Shown here in pieces: positions 1 to 8,399 of a stretch of 22,435 nucleotides of DNA. How positions within the stretch are numbered: the first letter of the stretch is position 1; every line of letters begins with the position of its first letter. Made by a program: the position numbers and the translations under genes. A model generated the notes under the pieces. That model was not told the origin of the DNA. It saw nothing but the letters and a program-made list of their open reading frames with translations, and searched no databases. Location of the stretch: assembly GCA_965369865.1 (NCBI GenBank), contig CBDURU010000053.1, forward strand, positions 1-22,435. Direction: 5' to 3'. Source of the DNA: an uncultured bacterium. Lineage in GTDB: Bacteria; JAJVIF01; JAPKYR01.

Positions 1-82
1 GTTATCATATTTAAGAACGCACTGCCGTGCTGTGCTACGGGTTATCATATTTAAGTACGCACTGCCGAGCTGTGCTACGGGT
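1..82. repeat. 40-bp direct tandem repeat, 2 copies visible, possibly continuing beyond the left edge; REP-like
   Basis: 1-40 gttatcatatttaagaacgcactgccgtgctgtgctacgg and 41-80 gttatcatatttaagtacgcactgccgagctgtgctacgg differ at 2 positions. On the minus strand each unit contains GTAG-CAC...GTGC, a short imperfect hairpin. Confidence 0.9.
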
Positions 83-124
83 GTGTCATTTGAATTCTTG
101 TTGTTTTGTTCTGAGCAATTTTTC

Positions 125-153
125 TTGTCGCTGAATGCTGGTTGTGCGATAAT
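125..153 (+). promoter_or_regulatory. Candidate sigma70 promoter of hicB
   Basis: TTGTCG (125-130), 17-bp spacer, TGc-GATAAT extended -10 (145-153). SD-like GAGGTG at 166-171 precedes the ATG at 177. Confidence 0.55.
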
Positions 154-176
154 TACATCGGACCAGAGGTGCCGAT

Positions 177-365
177 ATGAAAACTTACAGGCTGGCAGTA
201 GTTATTGAAAAGGACGAGGACGGATACTTCGCGTATTGTCCACAGTTGCAGGGATGCTACACGCAGGGTGAGACGTACGAGGAAGCTTTAGCGAACGTTG
301 AGGATGCAATTAAACTCCATGTACAGGACAGGGAAAGTGAAGGAGAACCGGTTCCGACCACATAA
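177..365 (+). CDS. hicB: HicB-family antitoxin, short form without a DNA-binding tail
   Basis: VIEKDEDGYFAYCPQLQGCYTQGETYEEALANVEDAIKLH...GEPVP matches the HicB N-terminal pattern; good SD. Confidence 0.88.
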   Translation: MKTYRLAVVIEKDEDGYFAYCPQLQGCYTQGETYEEALANVEDAIKLHVQDRESEGEPVPTT

Positions 366-382
366 CTTTCCCTGATAATTAA

Positions 383-1933
383 TCACTCTTTCAGCCAGGT
401 TTTGATGACCTTCGACGCTGCGGCCGGGTCCTCCTTGATCATCTTCTCGATCTCTTCCCTGATCTTCAAACGTTCGAGCGTTTCAGGATCGGCGTCGGGA
501 AGGTCGACCTCGATCTCCTCGATCTCCGCCTCGGCTGTCGCCTGCAGCATCATGGTCCTGTCAAGTGGTTTCAGGAACGCCTTAACGGCCATCCAGAAGA
601 TCAGGAGCACCATGAAAACAATTAACGCCCTGACAACCAGTTCTGTAATTTCCCGAGGTGTCATCGCCGGAACCGCTGCCAGCTCCTCCTGAAGGCTCGT
701 ATCGAATTTCATGAACGCCACGGTGATGCTGTCGCCCGATGTGATATCGAGTCCGGCTGCGCCTGCTACTATGTTTTCAACATCCAGCTTTTCACTCGAG
801 CCTACGTCGGCCGGGCTGTCGGAATCGATTACAACACTTACCGAGCAGCTTTTGATGGTTCCGGGCGCCTGCGTGCGTAATTCGTGTGTGGATGACACCT
901 CGTAATTTTTTACGATGGTCGAGCTGTCGGCCTCGAACGGGTTGCCCGATGTGCCCGGATACGACGGGATGTTGCTGGCGGTTCCAGGGATGCCCGCCGA
1001 TGCGTTCCAGCCTTCTCCAGACGTTGAATCTTCGGACATCTCTTCGCTGATTAATACGCCGTGAGTGGTTCCGCTGATCGGATCATATGTAAGGCTCTCG
1101 GTCTCAACCTCGTCGAAATCCATTTCGCATGAAAAGCTGACCGCGACCTTCCCGAAACCATAGGCGGGTTCCAGGACCCTTCTGATGTCAATGGTTTTTT
1201 CCTCCTCGTAATTCCGCCGGGCTTCTTCCTGCGTGGGCAGGAGTCCCATCGAATCGCCGGATGTGGGTCCGGTAAGGAGGTTCATATGTTGATCGATAAT
1301 TGTTACCTGGTCGGGATCCATTGTCCCGATCGCGCCCGCGACAAATATCCGCACAGCGCCGATCTGGTCGCGGGGCAGGGTGGTTCCGGGCTTCAACCCC
1401 AGGACTACACTGGCAGCCGGTTCGATCTGCTCCGAAATAAATGGTGTCGGGTCGGGGATTGTCAGGTGCACACGGGCAGCGGTTACTTCCTCGAGGCTCA
1501 TCAGGGTACGTGCGAGTTCTTCCTCGACAGCCTGGTCGTACCGTGCACGCTGAAGGAAATCGCTGAGCCCGAGCGGGGAATCGGCGAGTATGGCATAACC
1601 GTCGATACCCGATGGTGAGAATCCATCGGCGGCGAGTGCGATCCTCAACTCGTCCACATTTTCCGCCGGGACGTGAATACTCTCACCGCCATCCTTGATT
1701 TGGTACTCGATATTCCTGCTCTGGAGTTCGGCGATTACCTCTCCCGCATCGCTTGGGTCCAAATCGCCGTAAAGAAGTGCGTAAGCGGGATGTCTCGCGA
1801 CAACCACCCAGACAGTTAGCGTGACGATCAGGATCAGCACGGAGGCTACAAGGATCAGTCGCTCGCTTGAATTCAACCTGTTCCAGAGGAGATTGAATTG
1901 TTCAAGGAATGATAGTTTGGTTTCTTCTTCCAT
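383..1933 (-). CDS. fliF: Flagellar MS-ring protein FliF
   Basis: N-terminal TM helix, LYGDLDPSDAGEV, EEELARTL..L..V..ARVHLTIP, ASVVL, VTIIDQHMNLL, GIPGTASN, second TM helix and C-terminal DP..ASKVIKTWLKE; lies downstream of fliE. Confidence 0.95.
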   Translation of the reverse strand: MEEETKLSFLEQFNLLWNRLNSSERLILVASVLILIVTLTVWVVVARHPAYALLYGDLDPSDAGEVIAELQSRNIEYQIKDGGESIHVPAENVDELRIALAADGFSPSGIDGYAILADSPLGLSDFLQRARYDQAVEEELARTLMSLEEVTAARVHLTIPDPTPFISEQIEPAASVVLGLKPGTTLPRDQIGAVRIFVAGAIGTMDPDQVTIIDQHMNLLTGPTSGDSMGLLPTQEEARRNYEEEKTIDIRRVLEPAYGFGKVAVSFSCEMDFDEVETESLTYDPISGTTHGVLISEEMSEDSTSGEGWNASAGIPGTASNIPSYPGTSGNPFEADSSTIVKNYEVSSTHELRTQAPGTIKSCSVSVVIDSDSPADVGSSEKLDVENIVAGAAGLDITSGDSITVAFMKFDTSLQEELAAVPAMTPREITELVVRALIVFMVLLIFWMAVKAFLKPLDRTMMLQATAEAEIEEIEVDLPDADPETLERLKIREEIEKMIKEDPAAASKVIKTWLKE

Positions 1934-1992
1934 TTATGCCCCCGACAGGGTACAGGTTGAAGCCAGAATTTTAAGACCGATCTTATTAAAAG

Positions 1993-2361
1993 TCAGACGG
2001 GCATTCGGCTTATTTCCTGGTAGGCTTCAAGAACCTTATTCCTGATTTCAATTAGTAATTCGAGCGCTATACTGGCCTTGGTGGATGCCAGCATGACCTG
2101 GTGGAGTTCCACCGGTTTTCCGAGTGCAAGGTCGACCGTTAACTTCTCGCTTGCTTTGGTGAGATCGTTCACGCTGTTAATCCCTTTCGCAAGGAGCTCG
2201 GCAAATTCGACCGGTATCTTCCCGCCGGCTTCCTCGATCGAGGGGACCTTGAACATTGGGATCGTTCCCGGCAGTGGATTCACTATTCTCATCGAATCAG
2301 TCATGGCGCTCACATGCAGGAATGTCCTCACCATCTGGTGAGGTTCTGTTTGTTCCTGCAT
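1993..2361 (-). CDS. fliE: Flagellar hook-basal body protein FliE (start 2361 has an AAGGA SD; 2304 is an alternative)
   Basis: ELHQVMLASTKASIALELLIEIRNKVLEAYQEISRMPV is the FliE C-terminal signature; sits between flgC and fliF. Confidence 0.93.
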   Translation of the reverse strand: MQEQTEPHQMVRTFLHVSAMTDSMRIVNPLPGTIPMFKVPSIEEAGGKIPVEFAELLAKGINSVNDLTKASEKLTVDLALGKPVELHQVMLASTKASIALELLIEIRNKVLEAYQEISRMPV

Positions 2362-2447
2362 TTTTAATATCCTTAATCAGGGGCAAAATTTTCAATTAAA
2401 TTGGATTTGATTGGATTTATTTTACCGGGATTAAATCCGGTTTAACG

Positions 2448-2909
2448 CTACCTTCCGATCGCAAGGGTCCTCATTAGAAGCTGCTTGGTGGTCTCGAACA
2501 CCGACATATTCGATTCGAAAGATCTCTGGGACTCGATAAGATCGACCATTTCTATGATCGGATTAACGTTCGGGTATAACACGTCCCCGTTAGCATCGGC
2601 ATCCGGATGCCCCGGGTCGTGGACGATATTGAACGGGGTCGAATCCTGGGTGATCCCAACAACCCTGACCCCTGCGTACGGCATCGGGTCATCGTGCCAC
2701 CTTGAACCGGCAGTGAATCCGGGGGGGAATCCCGGTGGGGGAGGAGGAGCGTTCCGTGCAGCGAAAACCGCGAGGTGCCGTCTGAAAGGCCCGCCCTCTG
2801 GAGTTCGGGTTGTAGAGGCGTTCGCGATGTTATTCGCGATAAGGTCCATCCTCAGGCGCTGCGCGGTCATTCCACTGGCGGCGATATCAAGCGACGTGTA
2901 GAGAGCCAT
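2448..2909 (-). CDS. flgC: Flagellar basal-body rod protein FlgC
   Basis: SLDIAASGMTAQRLRMDLIANNIANASTTRTPEGGPFRR and DPGHPDADANGDVLYPNVNPIIEMVDLIESQRSFESN. Confidence 0.97.
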   Translation of the reverse strand: MALYTSLDIAASGMTAQRLRMDLIANNIANASTTRTPEGGPFRRHLAVFAARNAPPPPPGFPPGFTAGSRWHDDPMPYAGVRVVGITQDSTPFNIVHDPGHPDADANGDVLYPNVNPIIEMVDLIESQRSFESNMSVFETTKQLLMRTLAIGR

Positions 2910-2912
2910 TAA

Positions 2913-3350
2913 TTATCGCCTCCCTTCGCTGATAGCAGTACGCAATCCGGCTAACCGACGGCTTACGAGCTCGGTAAGGATCGAGTACTGGATCGCATTT
3001 TTCGCCTGTTCAGCCATCTCGTGATCGATATCGATATTGTTGTTATCGAGCCTCTGTGTTGTGGCGTCATCGGTGTAGATAAGGCCGTAATCGGTCGGGG
3101 TTCCCTGGAGACCCCTGTAGATAGACCCGGGAATGTGACGTGGGTCGGTGCGTCGAAGGCTGGTGTCCTGTCCGCGGCCACGATTAAGCTCGCGATCGAG
3201 GTAATCTTCAAACCGCAGTCGTACCGCCTTATAACCGGGAGTATCGGCATTCGCGATGTTGTGCGCAATCAGATGCGCTCGGCTGGCTGCTGCATCGAGG
3301 GCAAATTCCAGTGCAACCTGAGTGCGGCTATTAAAGAGATTGTTGATCAT
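2913..3350 (-). CDS. flgB: Flagellar basal-body rod protein FlgB (start moved from 3452 to ATG 3350)
   Basis: ALDAAASRAHLIAHNIANADTPGYKA, TDPRHI and RLDNNNIDIDHEMAEQAKNAIQY; homology begins at MINNLF. Confidence 0.95.
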   Translation of the reverse strand: MINNLFNSRTQVALEFALDAAASRAHLIAHNIANADTPGYKAVRLRFEDYLDRELNRGRGQDTSLRRTDPRHIPGSIYRGLQGTPTDYGLIYTDDATTQRLDNNNIDIDHEMAEQAKNAIQYSILTELVSRRLAGLRTAISEGRR

Positions 3351-3395
3351 AACAATAACACCGTGGTAACAAGGTGTCGCGGTAACTATAAATAG

Positions 3396-3422
3396 ATTTC
3401 GACTGACCGGGATAAAACTGAA
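3396..3422 (-). promoter_or_regulatory. Candidate sigma28 (FliA/SigD) promoter of the flgB operon
   Basis: Minus strand reads TTCAGTTT-N11-GTCGAAAT versus the consensus TAAAGTTT-N11-GCCGATAA; exact spacing, 45 bp upstream of the flgB ATG. Confidence 0.5.
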
Positions 3423-3499
3423 GAGTGGAAGATCAGGGTATTCAGGAATCAATGCCGGCTGATTATTAAGTAAAATGAACCTCCCGCTATATTTAACGC

Positions 3500-3847
3500 G
3501 GGATAGATATTTTCAAGCTTCAGAATGATCTGATTAACAGGGGGAATTATCCACATGATGGAAGTTTACAGAGCGAAAATGTATTGATGAGAATGATACG
3601 TGAGGGTGTTGAAAACTTGCTTGCCCATGCAGTTAGACGACTAAGTATTTAGTGAAAATTTATATAAATTAGAGATTCTTTTTAACATTTCCACATGGAG
3701 GTAGTGGAAACACAAATTAACTAAACTATCTTAAACCATTATTTTTAGTGTTCAAGTTTTCAATAAATACTTATATGTGATTTCCCACAAATTTCCACAT
3801 TTCCCCACACGTAAAAAATTTAGTATTAGTTGGAATTATTAAAAAAT
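3500..3847. other. Candidate chromosomal replication origin (DnaA-box cluster plus AT-rich DNA)
   Basis: Perfect TTATCCACA at 3547-3555. Near matches: TTTTCAACA (minus, 3607-3615), ATTTCCACA 3687-3695, GTTTCCACT (minus, 3703-3711), TTTCCCACA 3781-3789, ATTTCCACA 3791-3799, TTCCCCACA 3801-3809. Positions 3721-3780 are 13/60 GC by hand count. No ORF; gyrase genes lie 5 kb away. Confidence 0.65.
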
Positions 3848-4867
3848 TCAACTATTTCTGCCTTGTATCCTCTCCCTTTCCGATTTCAACCATCTCCTTA
3901 TCCATCCTCTTGCTGTCCCGAACCTTATATCCAGCTCACGCCTGCGTTTTAAAATCCTCCCGATCGAGCCAAGGAAGATCATTGGACCGATAAGCCAGGC
4001 TATCGGGTCGGTGAATAAAGCCCGGATTGAGCCGTAAATATCCTGCACCAGGATCGGGATAATATCGGGCCAGAGGCTTCCCGGAGTTTCATGCTTCCAC
4101 ATTATCCGCCGCCTGTTACCATAAGCACGGAGCCTGATTTTTAATTCTCTCCGACCGCCGGAACCCGCAAGCAGGTGAGTTCCCGCAGCCTGTGGCACAT
4201 ATCCGAGTTTCCATCCCGCACGGTTGATCCTGTAATCAAGATCGACATCCTCGAAGTATGAGTAAAAATCGGGATCGAACGGCCCTTCCACTTCCCTGGT
4301 ACCCTCGAGCGCGATACGTGAGAATACCGAGCATGCGGCGGACAACCCGAAAACCTCTCCCTCTTCATAGGGAATCAGGCCGTCGTCGATTACTCTTCCA
4401 GCGCCGCGGTTCCTGACGATACGGTCCCGGAAAATTTCATGCCCGGTTGTGTCAAGAACCAGTGGTTCTCCTTCTCCGGCGGCACGGTACAGGGTGCCGC
4501 ACACACCGGCAAGGTCCTGGTTACCGGTAAGCTCACTTACGAGAATTTTCAAATGGTCCGGATTAAGGGTGACATCCTGGTTCAGGAAACAGATCCAGGC
4601 GGCGTCGGATTCAGCATAGAGTTTGTTCATGCCCGCAGCAAAACCAATATTATTTTTTACTTCCAGGAGTTTCCATTCCGGTGGATTTTCCAACCCCCCC
4701 AGGAGATATCCCGCCAATTCACCGGACCCCTCCGGGCAGCCGTTATCAAGCAAGAGGATTTGAAGCTCTACACCGTCCTGCATGAGAAGCGATTCAAGGC
4801 ATTGCTTAATAGTGTCCCTGCCACGGTACAGGGGTATCAGTACACTTATTCGCGGGTGGTGCACCAT
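3848..4867 (-). CDS. Glycosyltransferase family 2 (WbbL-like), likely start ATG 4867
   Basis: ISVLIPLY...CLESL...LLDNG, NIGFAAGMN, FLNQD, FDPDFYSYFEDVDLDYRINRAGW...YVPQA..H. Confidence 0.92.
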   Translation of the reverse strand: MVHHPRISVLIPLYRGRDTIKQCLESLLMQDGVELQILLLDNGCPEGSGELAGYLLGGLENPPEWKLLEVKNNIGFAAGMNKLYAESDAAWICFLNQDVTLNPDHLKILVSELTGNQDLAGVCGTLYRAAGEGEPLVLDTTGHEIFRDRIVRNRGAGRVIDDGLIPYEEGEVFGLSAACSVFSRIALEGTREVEGPFDPDFYSYFEDVDLDYRINRAGWKLGYVPQAAGTHLLAGSGGRRELKIRLRAYGNRRRIMWKHETPGSLWPDIIPILVQDIYGSIRALFTDPIAWLIGPMIFLGSIGRILKRRRELDIRFGTARGWIRRWLKSERERIQGRNS

Positions 4868-4874
4868 AATGGAG

Positions 4875-4883
4875 ATTGTAGCA
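4875..4883 (-). promoter_or_regulatory. Extended -10 element giving a probably leaderless GT2 transcript
   Basis: Minus strand TGC-TACAAT-ctccatt-ATG: the -10 ends 7 nt before the ATG and there is no SD. Confidence 0.5.
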
Positions 4884-4907
4884 CGCGGGAGGAAATTTTT
4901 GGTTATC

Positions 4908-4935
4908 AAAAAACCCCGCCGGTAAAGACGGGGTT
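4908..4935 (-). terminator. Intrinsic terminator after the Ig-repeat lipoprotein gene
   Basis: Minus strand aaccccgtc-tttacc-ggcggggtt stem-loop running into a T tract, 56 bp past the stop codon. Confidence 0.8.
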
Positions 4936-4991
4936 GGTAATTTCAGGATAAACATACAGGGAATGGTGGAATGCTGCGCCAGATAGAACTC

Positions 4992-7900
4992 CTAGAGCGT
5001 CCAGATATACAATGCCGAGTCGGCCTGGGATATCGGGGTGCATGAATCGAATATTGTGATGTAGATATTGAATGTGCCTGTTTCCGTGGTTGACCCGCGT
5101 ATTTCACCTGTCATAGAGTCAATCATGATGCCCTGAGGGAATCCAAAGCCGAACCATATTAAAGGAGGATCCCCGTCATTGGCGGTCATGAAATAACTGT
5201 ATGGTGTATCGTCGGGAATTGGCTCAGGAATCGAGACGTCGACTATGGAGGTTGGTGGATTAGTGCATCCGGAAGCCTCGTTCAGTGTTAATGCAAAGCC
5301 TACAAGGACGGAGCACTGTGGTGCCGGGTCAGCACATTCATCGCACACCCTGACATCGAATGCATAGAGACCGAACTCCGAGGCATCTGTAATTCCCAGC
5401 AGGTGCCCATCCGGAGAAAGACTCACGGTTCCCGGAAGTGGAGGTGAGATATTTTCAAGGGACCATGTGAGGTTGCCCTCGCCGAGACTTGCTACAAACT
5501 GGAGGTCGACAGCTGCCCCTGCCGGAATAGCAAGTGCGGGGAAATTGGTTATCTCCGGTGGCGGGGCACAACCCTGATAGTCAATCTCAAGAGTGAACGG
5601 CTGAGTATCGCTCTGTCCACCGGTCCAGCAGGAATCAGTGACGGTAACCTCGAATGGGTAACTTCCCACCATGGATTCTATAGCGGTTCCTTCAAGGACG
5701 CCCGTGGGTGTAAGAATCCATAGTATAGGCAATGTTTGTTGGTCCTCAACTCTCCAGGTAAGCGTGCCGTCACCGCCGGTTGACTCAAACTGGAATGAGT
5801 AAGGTGAACCAACATAAGCGGTTGGGATAGATACGGTTGTGATAGTGGGTCCGGGATCGCAAGGAGTTGTTCCAACCGGAAGCGTCAGGAAACTATCATG
5901 GCATTGGGAAACCGGACACGAATCGCAGACCTCAATATGGAGTAACCAGTCGCCCTCGGTCCCGGCTTCAGCAGTCCCTACAATCTGGTCCCCGACGAGT
6001 CCAAGTCCGGCAGGCAATGGATCTTCATCGAGGAGGATAGACCAGTTGAGAATTCCTTCACCATTAACCGCCGCCAACTGCATGCTGTACGGTTCGCCAA
6101 TTATCACGGCGTCGAGCGGGGACATAGTTGTAATGGTTGGGCTTGGTGCACATGGCGGATAAACGGTCAGGTCCGCAAAGATGTCATCGCATTGTGGAGT
6201 TGAGCATTCATCGCAGACCTGAATATGCAGGCTGTAAGTCCCTTCGGTTCCCGGTTCAGGAGTTCCCTCGATGACGTTACCGTTTAATGAGAGGTTTAGC
6301 GGAAGTGGATCGTCGTCGAGCAAAATCTCCCACGTAAGATTGCCCTCACCATCGCTAGCGTTAAGAACCATAATATATGGCTGGCCAACAAGTGCCTCAT
6401 CCAGATCCGTAGTCTCGATTGACGGTGGCTCTGCGCATAGGGAGCCAATATCAAGGCTAAACGTATCACTATCTGTCTGTGGCCCGTTCCAGCACGAATC
6501 AGCAACTTGAATGTCGAGCAGGTAAGTGCCCTGAGTGCCTGATTGAGGCATGCCGTAGAAACGGCCGTCCGGGTCGAGTGTGAGCCCCATCGGCCAGTCA
6601 CCGCCGATATGCGTCCATGTCAGGGTGCCTTCACCGCCCGTGGCCTCGAACTGTAAATCGTACGGTGTGTTTTCAAATCCCTGAAATAAATATGATGTTG
6701 TGATCTCAGGTCCTGGACCGCAAGGTGTTGTGATAATTTCAAGGTCGAATTGCTTCTGGTCGGATTGCACAACAGGACAACTGTCGAAGACCATTACATC
6801 CAGGCTATGTATTCCCTCTGTCCCTGGAGCGGGAATACCTTCTACTCGTCCAGTGTCGATGAATTCAAGCCCTTCAGGAAGGTTCTCCAGGTTATTGAGA
6901 ATCCAGGTACGATTACCGTGTCCTCCGGCAGCCGTGAAGATAAACAGGTAATTTACCCCAACAGCTCCCTGGATCATGGAATCGGAAATGATCTGCGGCG
7001 GGGGATCGCACCCGGAACCGGGAGGAGCGACAAGCAGTAGAAGCTCCTGGGTATCGCATTGAGGTGCCAGATCGCAGGAATCGCAAACCTGAACTGTGAA
7101 TGTATACGATTCACCCTCGGTGCCGCCGGTGCCGGTTCCCGGGGTCCCGGAGATATGTCCGTTGGGAGTCAGGTTCACCCCGGATGGGAGGCTACCTGAA
7201 ATGAGCGTCCAGGAGACAGCCCCGTGACCGCCTTCAACCTGAAACGTTTGATCGTAGGCTTCACTTTCAATTGCGCCCGGGAGAGTTTGCGTGAGTATTA
7301 TCGGACCTGGGTCGCAACCCGAAGTTGAGGTATTAACGTTTAACGTAAGTTCGACAGCATCTGCCCTTGCGCCGTCCGGGCATGAATCGGTGACCATGAT
7401 TGTCAGCAAGTAGTCGCCCGCAGTGCCTATGGCAGGAGTTCCTTCAAACAATCCATCGGCACCGAAAGTAATGCCGTCGGGTAGATCACCCGAGGTGATC
7501 TCCCAGGTCAGGGGTGGGAATCCACCCGATGCCGTGGCCTGGTAAAGGTAACCCTCACCCTCAGTGGCGTTGGGCAGGCTGGCGAACAGGATTTCCGGTT
7601 CGGGTCCGCAGGGCGGTCCTTCTTCACAGTCAATAAATATTGAAAATTGCCCGGCTGATTCGCGATGAATAACCGGGTTGGAATCAATAACCCTTGCGGT
7701 AAATTCGATGTTGATGGGACCGTATCCAACCGGAAACTGCCCCTTGATTATCCCGTCATGTGTTAGCTCAAGAACGTACGGAAGCTGGACGCCTTCAGGA
7801 AGAAGGGACCATTCGAACGGCGGGTAACCGCCGATAACGGGCAAGGGCACATCGTATGGAGCGCCGCAGTAGCTGCTCGGGAGTATAAGATCGGGTACAT

Positions 7901-8399
7901 ATGGCGGGGTGGTTCCGCCGAAGGTGTCTGTGTAATCGATTCTAAACGGCCCGAAGTTTACTTCCGCGACGGCACCATCGCTTGTGGTGATGGTAGCCCT
8001 GACCCATATGGGGAAATGCTGTTCACCGGAGTCAAGGTCGGCGATAGCGTGCCACCAGAAAATATAATCCGTTCCACCGGCCGGGACAAATAATTCCTGA
8101 AGCGATGTCGGATCGACACGTCCGGCCATAGCGGTTAGCGGCTGGTAATCTCCTTCATTACCCACTTTATATCCGAGTACGATAGTAACGTTAAGCCTAC
8201 CGCTACTGCCTATCGTTATCTTGATTGGGATTGCGGACTTGTATTCTATATCTTTGAGTCCGCCGATTGAAATAGTCGGTTGAATGATATTTTCGACCTT
8301 TACCGGTCCACCGCCATTTCTACATCCGTAAAAAGTCAGGAGTAAAATTCCTAAGGTAATAACGGTGAGATACCTTTGGAGTGCTTGTTTGCTAGACAT
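4992..8399 (-). CDS. Large surface lipoprotein with ten tandem putative Ig (He_PIG-like) domains; likely start ATG 8399
   Basis: Signal peptide with lipobox LLLTFYG-C; GGAGG upstream. About 95-aa repeats of the form C.P.P.I.T..LP.A..G..Y......A.GG...L.W....G.LP.GL.L..DG...G.P..GT.G.Y.....V.DSC. Confidence 0.85.
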   Translation of the reverse strand: MSSKQALQRYLTVITLGILLLTFYGCRNGGGPVKVENIIQPTISIGGLKDIEYKSAIPIKITIGSSGRLNVTIVLGYKVGNEGDYQPLTAMAGRVDPTSLQELFVPAGGTDYIFWWHAIADLDSGEQHFPIWVRATITTSDGAVAEVNFGPFRIDYTDTFGGTTPPYVPDLILPSSYCGAPYDVPLPVIGGYPPFEWSLLPEGVQLPYVLELTHDGIIKGQFPVGYGPINIEFTARVIDSNPVIHRESAGQFSIFIDCEEGPPCGPEPEILFASLPNATEGEGYLYQATASGGFPPLTWEITSGDLPDGITFGADGLFEGTPAIGTAGDYLLTIMVTDSCPDGARADAVELTLNVNTSTSGCDPGPIILTQTLPGAIESEAYDQTFQVEGGHGAVSWTLISGSLPSGVNLTPNGHISGTPGTGTGGTEGESYTFTVQVCDSCDLAPQCDTQELLLLVAPPGSGCDPPPQIISDSMIQGAVGVNYLFIFTAAGGHGNRTWILNNLENLPEGLEFIDTGRVEGIPAPGTEGIHSLDVMVFDSCPVVQSDQKQFDLEIITTPCGPGPEITTSYLFQGFENTPYDLQFEATGGEGTLTWTHIGGDWPMGLTLDPDGRFYGMPQSGTQGTYLLDIQVADSCWNGPQTDSDTFSLDIGSLCAEPPSIETTDLDEALVGQPYIMVLNASDGEGNLTWEILLDDDPLPLNLSLNGNVIEGTPEPGTEGTYSLHIQVCDECSTPQCDDIFADLTVYPPCAPSPTITTMSPLDAVIIGEPYSMQLAAVNGEGILNWSILLDEDPLPAGLGLVGDQIVGTAEAGTEGDWLLHIEVCDSCPVSQCHDSFLTLPVGTTPCDPGPTITTVSIPTAYVGSPYSFQFESTGGDGTLTWRVEDQQTLPILWILTPTGVLEGTAIESMVGSYPFEVTVTDSCWTGGQSDTQPFTLEIDYQGCAPPPEITNFPALAIPAGAAVDLQFVASLGEGNLTWSLENISPPLPGTVSLSPDGHLLGITDASEFGLYAFDVRVCDECADPAPQCSVLVGFALTLNEASGCTNPPTSIVDVSIPEPIPDDTPYSYFMTANDGDPPLIWFGFGFPQGIMIDSMTGEIRGSTTETGTFNIYITIFDSCTPISQADSALYIWTL

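Noticed and set aside
1..82. CRISPR array
   Set aside because: The units abut with no unique spacers and there are no cas genes in the window.
2362..2447. Small hairpin (accgggattaaatccggt) and attggattt duplication between flgC and fliE
   Set aside because: Too short and low in complexity, with no T tract on the coding strand to support a terminator.
3351..3540. c-di-GMP riboswitch upstream of flgB
   Set aside because: No GGCAAA...GAAA...CGCAAAGC core found on the minus strand by eye; an Rfam scan would be definitive.
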